Assembly (NCBI GenBank): GCA_003661745.1
Contig: QMWS01000002.1
Span: 1-41,753 of the forward strand
DNA: 41,753 bases
From: Thermoprotei archaeon
GTDB lineage: Archaea > Thermoproteota > Thermoprotei_A > Sulfolobales > NBVN01
Reading direction: 5' to 3'
Shown in pieces: positions 36,034 to 41,753 of this stretch. The notes beneath the pieces are model-generated. The model was not told the origin of the DNA. It worked only from the letters and a program-made list of their open reading frames with translations, and searched no databases. The first letter of the stretch is position 1. Every line of letters starts with the position of its first letter. The position numbers and the translations under genes are program-made.

Positions 36034-37487
36034 ACCTCCAACTCCGGATTCAAACCATCATCTGCGAATCTCTCCAGGGCGACGGCGACGTAGCGAGGCT
36101 CGCGTTCTGTGGCTATGCATCTCCGCCGCAATCGCTCGCACGCCAGAAGCGTCGTCCCCGACCCGAGGAACGGCTCCCACACCAGGTCGCCCTGCTCGCT
36201 ATAGACCTCGATCGCGCGCAGCGGCAGCTCCAGCGGGAACGCTGCGACGTGATATCGCAACGGCGAGCCTTCGGCGTCGTGCGTACTCCAGACTGCGTGG
36301 ACGGACATGCGCCACTTCCGGCGTGGCAGGCGGCGCTCCTTGCCGCCCTTCGACCTGAACGTCCATACGAAATCATATCCCTCGATGGGCACTCCTGAAA
36401 ATACCCTCCACAAATTCTCCAGCCACTGCTGGGCTACAATATCGTCCTCCAGCAACTCCGTGGATCGTTGCGGCACCCGCCTGATAACCAGCTCCTCCGG
36501 CTCGTCGTCCTCGCCCCCGGGCGCGCGGAACGACCACACGTACTCCCACTCCTGATGGTGTGGGATCGTTGAGTGGTACGACCAGAACGGTGCCGGAAGG
36601 CGCTCGAAGGGCTTCCGCCAGATCCGATTCGCCCAAAGCTTCCAACCGTGACGACGGAAGCGCTCGTTGTAGATGCACGACATCAGGAAGACGCCGTAAC
36701 TCGCGTCCCCCGTAATGCGCTCGACGATGCTCTTGACGTAGATGTCGCCGAAGTTGACGACGAAGTAGCCGCCAGGAATCACAACACGCGCGCCGACCTC
36801 AGCAGTCTTGTCGATCAGCTCCACCAGGTCGCCGAACGCCTCCCCCTCCTCGTACTCCTTACCCACGCCGTAGGGCGGCGACGTCACCGCCATGCGCGCC
36901 CGCTCACCAGCGAAAAGCGCCTCCACCGCCTCGATGTCCGTGCAGTCGCCCACAAGCAGCTTGTGCTCCCCGACCCGCCAGACCTGACCAGGCTCGACCC
37001 CCCACTTCTCGCGCAGCTCCTCCGCCTCGTCCACGCGCGGCTCAGCGGTCTCGTCGGAGTCCGAATCGAACTCCCTACCTATCCCTTCCGCAAGGCTGTC
37101 GAGCAAGTCGCGCACCGCGTCGTTGCCCGTCTGCACGTCGCTCAGAAGATCCGCCAGCGCCTCGGGATCCGTCTCCGCCGCCGCAGCCAGCGGATCCAGC
37201 GTCGCGAGCGTAAGCTTCTCCTCGTCCTCATCGAGGTCAACGTACAGGACAGGTATGGTCGGCTCTTTGCGTGACAGGGCCAGCGCCACGCGCAGGTGGC
37301 CGTCCAGGATGAAGCCGGTGCGCTTGTTCACGATGACCTGCTGCACCCAGCCAACCTCGTCAAGAACGCCCTCCAACGCTCCCCGCTGCGCATCAGGGTG
37401 CGCGCGCCAGTTCCGCGGATTCGCGACGAGATCGCCAGGTGGCACGTCCGCACTACCAACTATCCGATTCCTCCAACGTCGCTTCAC
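36030..37487 (-). CDS. ParB-like domain fused to a beta-class DNA amino-methyltransferase (SPPY type)
   Basis: NPRNWR.HP and ILDGHLRV (ParB-N); TSPPY precedes H.AAFP and EPFLGSGTT. Confidence 0.88.
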   Translation of the reverse strand: MKRRWRNRIVGSADVPPGDLVANPRNWRAHPDAQRGALEGVLDEVGWVQQVIVNKRTGFILDGHLRVALALSRKEPTIPVLYVDLDEDEEKLTLATLDPLAAAAETDPEALADLLSDVQTGNDAVRDLLDSLAEGIGREFDSDSDETAEPRVDEAEELREKWGVEPGQVWRVGEHKLLVGDCTDIEAVEALFAGERARMAVTSPPYGVGKEYEEGEAFGDLVELIDKTAEVGARVVIPGGYFVVNFGDIYVKSIVERITGDASYGVFLMSCIYNERFRRHGWKLWANRIWRKPFERLPAPFWSYHSTIPHHQEWEYVWSFRAPGGEDDEPEELVIRRVPQRSTELLEDDIVAQQWLENLWRVFSGVPIEGYDFVWTFRSKGGKERRLPRRKWRMSVHAVWSTHDAEGSPLRYHVAAFPLELPLRAIEVYSEQGDLVWEPFLGSGTTLLACERLRRRCIATEREPRYVAVALERFADDGLNPELEV

Positions 37488-37855
37488 TCTACTAACCTCA
37501 CTGCAACCTCGACCACAGCGTTCAGGCCCGCCTCACGAGCCTCCCGCACCAGCCGCCTAGCATCTCCACGCGACAGGCCGCGCACCACGCCCTGTTCGCG
37601 CAGGAGCTCAAGGTCGTTCGTTCGACCGAGCCACGCCCGCGCCGCGTCCTCCACGGAGCGCGCCGTCTGGTAGATCGTTCCCTCTGCGCGGTCAGGGCAC
37701 ATCTCGCGGTGCACCTCCACCGCCGCCTTCCAGGCGCTCTCGCCATCAATCATCTTCATGAGGATCGCGCGGCGCACTTCGCTCCAGTGCTCCGCCGCCT
37801 CACGGAAGAAGCGCATTCGCTCCTCGTACGGCACCGACATCAGTATGTTCGACAC
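37484..37855 (-). CDS. Hypothetical protein
   Basis: 123-aa ORF with AGGAGG RBS and GTGA overlap with the methyltransferase. Confidence 0.65.
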   Translation of the reverse strand: MSNILMSVPYEERMRFFREAAEHWSEVRRAILMKMIDGESAWKAAVEVHREMCPDRAEGTIYQTARSVEDAARAWLGRTNDLELLREQGVVRGLSRGDARRLVREAREAGLNAVVEVAVRLVE

Positions 37856-37874
37856 TTTTCCCTCCTGTCTATGT

Positions 37875-38081
37875 CTACTGCCCTACTGCCAGGGCAAGTG
37901 ATAGGACGAGCCAAAGTAGAACCGCCAGACCGGCCAGCAGCTGGTCGCCCTCGTCGTACTCCTGCCCGCCGCGCACCCACAGCACGACCTTACCGGCGGC
38001 AACCGCGACCAGCGCGCCGACCAGGACGATCACGTGGATCGCCAACCATCTCAGCAGCACTCCAGATAGCGTCGTGTCCAT
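37875..38081 (-). CDS. Small membrane protein
   Basis: 68 aa with two hydrophobic segments; weak RBS. Confidence 0.5.
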   Translation of the reverse strand: MDTTLSGVLLRWLAIHVIVLVGALVAVAAGKVVLWVRGGQEYDEGDQLLAGLAVLLWLVLSLALAVGQ

Positions 38082-38088
38082 GCCCACA

Positions 38089-38118
38089 AATCTACCACAT
38101 CTCCCGCCAGCGATATAA
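38089..38118 (-). promoter_or_regulatory. Putative extended -10 promoter for the packaging operon
   Basis: Minus strand TTATAT-CGCTGGCGGGAGATGTGG-TAGATT; spacer resembles that of the 7629-7662 site. Confidence 0.45.
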
Positions 38119-38138
38119 CAGCATTTCCTCGCCCGCGC

Positions 38139-38227
38139 GAAATTTCCCCTTTATTTTTGAAGAGAATGAATCTTATAAAGTTATATATCGAACGCGCCCT
38201 TAGTTTAAGAAGGCATTTTGAGCGGAT
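38139..38227. repeat. Third copy of the AT-rich element seen at 8057-8260
   Basis: TTCCCCTTTATTTTTGAAGAGAATGAATCTTATAAAGTTATATATCGAACGCGCC, then a diverged tail ending GAGCGGAT. Confidence 0.92.
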
Positions 38228-38240
38228 GATCAGATACGCC

Positions 38241-38274
38241 AATCGCCCCGGTGCATTTACACGCCAGGGCGATT
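38241..38274 (-). terminator. Hairpin, possible terminator
   Basis: Minus strand AATCGCCCTGG-N12-CCGGGGCGATT (11-bp stem with one G:U); no strong U-tract. Confidence 0.4.
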
Positions 38275-38353
38275 AGGCTACAATCCTGGTAGACCCCGGC
38301 GCGAGGCCACCGCCCCCTCCCGGTGGCCCCGCGCCGTCCACCACGAACCTGGT

Positions 38354-38680
38354 CTAGCAGGCGAGGAAGAACTTGCTTATCTCCTTCGCGAGCGTCGCCT
38401 TCTCCTCGCTGCCCAGTGCCAGTTCTTCGAGGAGCTCGACCGCCGCTTGCAGCGCCTCGTTGTAGCGCGTCTCCGCCGCGCGCAGCTCGTCGCGGAGCCC
38501 CCTGGTGAATGCCGCGTACTCTTTCCGCGTCATCCCGAGCTCCTCTCGCATCTCGTCCGCCGTCTCCCAGTCCAGTTCGTCGTACGGAACTGGGAAGTCC
38601 TCCGCGCGCTCCTGCGCGCGTAGCTTGGCGCCTGTCGCTTTTTCCAGCTCTTCGACGATCCTCTTGGCCTTGGCTTTCAT
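38354..38680 (-). CDS. Hypothetical helical protein
   Basis: ATG at 38680 follows GAGGAGG; 108 aa. Confidence 0.7.
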   Translation of the reverse strand: MKAKAKRIVEELEKATGAKLRAQERAEDFPVPYDELDWETADEMREELGMTRKEYAAFTRGLRDELRAAETRYNEALQAAVELLEELALGSEEKATLAKEISKFFLAC

Positions 38681-38708
38681 CGTTGCCTCCTCGTTCGTTA
38701 TCACCACC

Positions 38709-38732
38709 ATCATATCACATGGTGTAAATACC
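38709..38732 (-). promoter_or_regulatory. Putative extended -10 promoter
   Basis: Minus strand GGTATTTACACCA-TGTGA-TATGAT. Confidence 0.5.
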
Positions 38733-39079
38733 TAGACGACCGCGAGCGCGCGAGCGCCGAGGATCCGTCCGTTCTCGTCCCGGATCAGCGCCGCCGGAAT
38801 CACGACCAGGTAGCCAGCGTCCTCCGGCGTCGGCCCGAGCGCCTGCGCCAGGAGCGCCGAGACCACGTAGACGTGGCCCGGCCTGAACTCTGGCAGGCCC
38901 TGCGGCTTGCCGAAACGCTTCCGGATCACCGGCACGTCCACGCCCTCCGCGCAGACCGTGCCGACGACCTCTGTCTCCTCCTCCAGCCGCGGCGGGCTGT
39001 CGCAGCGGTCGATCGTGATCGACAGCCCGTTGCCGTTGCAGATGGTCACCGGGTGTGGAGTTAGATTAACAATCTTCAT
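38732..39079 (-). CDS. Phage hypothetical protein (N-terminal NLTPH motif)
   Basis: MKIVNLTPHPVTI...GLPE...YVVS.L...P...IRDENGRILG..AL. An alternative in-frame start at 39148 lies one array unit upstream. Confidence 0.8.
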   Translation of the reverse strand: MKIVNLTPHPVTICNGNGLSITIDRCDSPPRLEEETEVVGTVCAEGVDVPVIRKRFGKPQGLPEFRPGHVYVVSALLAQALGPTPEDAGYLVVIPAALIRDENGRILGARALAVV

Positions 39080-39860
39080 CACTCCAACTCCATCCGGTCG
39101 TGGCGCGTCGGCTGGCACCAAGTCTGGATTTGAACTAATTAATTTCATCATTTCAACTCCATCGAGCCGCGGCGCTCGGCGGCGCCCCTGGTCGGCGTCG
39201 GGCATGGAGTTGAACTAATTAATTTCATCAACTCAACTCTAGACTCCGTGTCGACCTCGGCTGACGCGAAGTCTCGACTTAGACTGATTAATTTCATCAA
39301 CTCAACTCCATCGCGCGCTGCGCCTCCGGCCGACCCGAAGTCTCGACTTAGACTAATTAATTTCATCAATTCAACTCTAGACTTCGCGGCGTCCCCGGTC
39401 GACGCGAAGTCTCGACTTAGACTAATTAATTTCATCAACTCAACTCTAGACTTCGCGTCGCCCTCGGTCGACCCGAAGTCTCGACTTAGACTAATTAATT
39501 TCATCAACTCAACTCCATCGCGCGCGGCGTCCTCGGCCAACGCCAGATCTAGACTTAGACTAATTAATTTCATCAACTCAACTCTAGACTTCGTGCCGAC
39601 CTCGGCCAGCGCCAGATCTAGACTTAGACTAATTAATTTCATCAACTCAACTCTAGACTTCGTGCCGACCTCGGCCGACCCGAAGTCTCGACTTAGACTA
39701 ATTAATTTCATCAACTCAACTCGAGACTTCTGGTCGGCCTCGGCCGACCAGAAGTCTCGACTTAGACTAATTAATTTCATCAACTCAACTCTAGACTTCG
39801 TGCCGACCTCGGCCAACGCGAAGTCTCGACTTAGACTAATTAATTTCATCAACTCAACTC
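39065..39860. repeat. Tandem array of 69-bp units: 26-bp AT-rich core plus 43-bp GC-rich imperfect palindrome
   Basis: Core ACTAATTAATTTCATCAACTCAACTC starts at 39214, 39283, 39352, 39421, 39490, 39559, 39628, 39697, 39766 and 39835, with variants at 39134 and 39065. Confidence 0.98.
39148..39849 (-). CDS. Possible 23-aa tandem-repeat protein encoded by the array
   Basis: Open frame across all units (VELMKLISLSRDF...KSR); TGATG overlaps at both ends; substitutions in and next to the core are synonymous. Confidence 0.45.
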   Translation of the reverse strand: MKLISLSRDFALAEVGTKSRVELMKLISLSRDFWSAEADQKSRVELMKLISLSRDFGSAEVGTKSRVELMKLISLSLDLALAEVGTKSRVELMKLISLSLDLALAEDAARDGVELMKLISLSRDFGSTEGDAKSRVELMKLISLSRDFASTGDAAKSRVELMKLISLSRDFGSAGGAARDGVELMKLISLSRDFASAEVDTESRVELMKLISSTPCPTPTRGAAERRGSMELK

Positions 39861-40580
39861 CGGATCCAGGTGCTCTGCGGTGTACCCCGCGGGTACCGCG
39901 ACCCGCATGCTGACGTGCCCGCCGTGGTACCCCCTGCTGTGCACCACGGACAAGACCTTAACGGCGTCCGTGTCGCCGTCAATCTCCAAGAGATCTAACT
40001 GCCACTCCTTGTACCGCCCCCCTGGTGAGATATAGGCCGCCACGCGGCCATCGTGATCCCGGACAACCACCGGCATCTCCCAGAAGCCCGCGCCGATTTG
40101 ACGGTTCGTCGGCCCGCCGAAGTTGACGGCGACGATTTCCACGTCCGCGTTCTCCTCGGTCTCCTCAATCGCCATCAGCTCCTCTTCGACCCTGTCCAAC
40201 CTCTTGGCGTCGCCGGGCCAATGCGCGCGGACGTACTCCTGCGCCGCCGGGATCGTGACGCGGAGGGCCTCGGCGACGTCGATCCATCGATCGATCGGCC
40301 GTGGGAAGCCGACCGCTTTCCGGAGACCTTCGACGAAGCGGCCGGTCTCCCAGCCCTCGTACCCTGCGATCGCCCGCACGCCCGGGGCCAGCTTCATGCG
40401 ATAATGGTTCGCCGACCACTTGCCGTTTTTCGTGTACCCGTGGCCGACGACCACGGCCACGCCGGGGATCGTCTCCCCGCAGAAGTGGTGCACGCGGTCG
40501 TCCTTGATCAGGACGAGCCACCGCTCACGCCGCCGGTTCCCGATCCCGTCCGACCACTCTAATCCTCTTTCTTCCGCCAT
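39849..40580 (-). CDS. Hypothetical protein
   Basis: 243-aa ORF with AGGAGG RBS; stop codon lies inside the first array core. Confidence 0.8.
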   Translation of the reverse strand: MAEERGLEWSDGIGNRRRERWLVLIKDDRVHHFCGETIPGVAVVVGHGYTKNGKWSANHYRMKLAPGVRAIAGYEGWETGRFVEGLRKAVGFPRPIDRWIDVAEALRVTIPAAQEYVRAHWPGDAKRLDRVEEELMAIEETEENADVEIVAVNFGGPTNRQIGAGFWEMPVVVRDHDGRVAAYISPGGRYKEWQLDLLEIDGDTDAVKVLSVVHSRGYHGGHVSMRVAVPAGYTAEHLDPELS

Positions 40581-40665
40581 TTCTGTCCTCCTGTCGTTTT
40601 GTCGTCTTGCGGCTAGTGTGCCGCCACCAAGGCTGTAGTCGCCTACAGCCCTGGCGGGCGACGCG

Positions 40666-40854
40666 CTAGCTGGCCTCTTCGCGCTTGCAATAGACGTTGA
40701 TAACCAGGTCGAAGAACGCCCGCGCGCTCTCGTCGGCGTCCCCCTCGAACCGCATCGGCGGGCCGAGGAAAAGAGTGCCCACGAGGGTGTCGTCCTTGAA
40801 GAACTTGATCGTGGCCGCTTCTCGCCCGAGCTCGATCCGTTGGCCTTCGTTCAT
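40666..40854 (-). CDS. Hypothetical protein (62 aa)
   Basis: MNEGQRIELG...; ATG at 40854 follows GAGGAGG. Confidence 0.65.
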   Translation of the reverse strand: MNEGQRIELGREAATIKFFKDDTLVGTLFLGPPMRFEGDADESARAFFDLVINVYCKREEAS

Positions 40855-40904
40855 CTGCTTCCTCCTCTCGTCGTATTCGGCGGCGCCCGCGCGCCGCTCG
40901 TCTC

Positions 40905-41237
40905 TTAACTGGTTTCCGGCCAGCCCCACAGGTACCGTCCACGTTCGGACACCGGTACGTCCCGTCGGCGCCAGCGCGTCGGCACGTATGTCGTCACCTG
41001 GTCGTAGACCGCACCTCGTATTGGTTCGAAGAAGCGCTCGATTTTCCGCACGTTCCCGTCCTCGCACTCGGCGAGCGCCGCCGCAATCCGCAGCCGCCAC
41101 GGCCGCGCGACCAGCTCGGCGCCGCAGTCCGGACACTCCTCCCGAACCGCGCGAAGCTCCGCGATCTCGTCTGCCCCGAACTCGTACCGCTCCATGTGCT
41201 CGCAGCGCGTGCAATAGAGCTCGAAGTCCCACCTCAC
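40905..41237 (-). CDS. Zinc-ribbon-like hypothetical protein
   Basis: CTRC and CPDCG pairs; AAGGAGG RBS. Confidence 0.7.
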   Translation of the reverse strand: MRWDFELYCTRCEHMERYEFGADEIAELRAVREECPDCGAELVARPWRLRIAAALAECEDGNVRKIERFFEPIRGAVYDQVTTYVPTRWRRRDVPVSERGRYLWGWPETS

Positions 41238-41318
41238 GTCTTCCTCCTTGTCTTCGTCGGCGCCCGCCCCGTCCCGCCGCGTCCGTCGCGCCCCGCGCGG
41301 TCGCGCTCGAGAAGAAGC

Positions 41319-41350
41319 GGTCGCCGGAGCCGTTCCCGGCTCCGGCGACC
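41319..41350 (-). terminator. Rho-independent terminator-like hairpin
   Basis: 14-bp perfect stem GGTCGCCGGAGCCG with 4-nt loop, just after the stop at 41358 and followed by GCTTCTTCT on the minus strand. Confidence 0.6.
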
Positions 41351-41357
41351 CTCGCCG

Positions 41358-41627
41358 CTAGGCGAGGACTACCACCGCGTTCCCGACCTCGTCCACCAGG
41401 ATCGCGTCCCCCGCTTCGACCGCGGTCGTCCGCGCGGTGAGGCCCTCGTGCGCTTCCTCGCCGAACGCCCAGATCGCGTCGGTTAGGAGCTCTCCGAGCG
41501 GCGCCTCCCAGGTCTCGCCCCAGCGGTCGCCGACGTGTCGGACGCGTGCGTCCTCGCCGTACCTCTTAACTACCTCTCCGAACGCTCCCGGCCAGTTCTC
41601 CTCGAACCGAACTTCTGCTTTTTCCAC
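41358..41627 (-). CDS. Hypothetical protein
   Basis: GTG at 41627 follows AGGAG; 89 aa, acidic. Confidence 0.65.
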   Translation of the reverse strand: MEKAEVRFEENWPGAFGEVVKRYGEDARVRHVGDRWGETWEAPLGELLTDAIWAFGEEAHEGLTARTTAVEAGDAILVDEVGNAVVVLA

Positions 41628-41734
41628 CGTTCTTCTCCTGTTAAGGTTCTTGCGGCGTTCGCGCCGCCGCCGCTTCCGGAGCTCCGCTCCGGCCGTCGCG
41701 GCGGTTCGCCCGCCCGTCCCGTCCGTTCGAGAAC

Positions 41735-41744
41735 AATTTACCAC
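41735..41744 (-). promoter_or_regulatory. Putative extended -10 element
   Basis: Minus strand GTGG-TAAATT; the -35 region falls outside the window. Confidence 0.3.
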
Positions 41745-41753
41745 GTTTCGGCC

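Noticed and set aside
39151..39836. Integron attC-like sites (ACTCAAC...palindrome...CTTAGAC)
   Set aside because: The right box is CTT rather than GTT in the regular units, the sites are only about 54 bp, no cassette ORFs lie between them and no integrase is in the window.
39134..39860. CRISPR array (about 33-bp repeat plus 36-bp spacer geometry)
   Set aside because: The spacers are related to each other, palindromic and built from shared halves. There is no leader or cas operon, and the Cas4-like nuclease sits in a normal phage recombination module.
39248..39913. Plus-strand 221-aa repeat ORF
   Set aside because: Antisense to all other genes, with no coupling to neighbours; an open frame is expected from a 69-bp period.
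40666..41232. 188-aa extended version of the 40666 ORF
   Set aside because: The extension overlaps the zinc-ribbon gene; the strong RBS supports the ATG at 40854.
27..41486. Numerous long plus-strand ORFs (e.g. 1697-2881, 4767-5825, 8329-9417, 31917-32969)
   Set aside because: Shadow frames of GC-rich minus-strand genes with recognisable motifs; they are Arg/Pro/Ser-rich and show no motifs of their own.
1..41753. Prophage attachment sites, integrase, repressor, tRNA or genome termini
   Set aside because: None recognised by eye; lifestyle and genome ends cannot be determined from this window.

Overview
This window holds most of a GC-rich tailed (siphovirus-like) phage genome. Every credible gene is on the minus strand, and many are joined by overlapping stop/start codons. 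In transcription order (high to low coordinates): small early-type genes with a 69-bp hairpin repeat array (39065-39860); ParB-methyltransferase; terminase; a five-gene sugar/sulfo/methyl-transfer cassette between terminase and portal; portal; MuF head protein with an ADP-ribosyltransferase-like C-terminus; scaffold; HK97-type capsid; holin-like and head-tail genes; two paralogous tail-tube genes; tail chaperone with a likely +1 frameshift; tape measure; tail tip and fibre; modular endolysin; and a recombination/replication module (RuvC-like, SNF2 helicase, PD-(D/E)XK nuclease, AAA_24 ATPase, FAD oxidoreductase, DUF669, Prim-Pol, and a UvrD helicase cut by the window edge). No integrase, repressor, Cas, reverse transcriptase or tRNA was recognised. 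The endolysin domains suggest a Chloroflexota host, which is inference only. The strongest novelty candidates are the coupled glycosyl/sulfo/methyl-transferase cassette and the 69-bp array built from a repeated stop/start gene junction. All family calls come from reading motifs by eye; no database searches were run.
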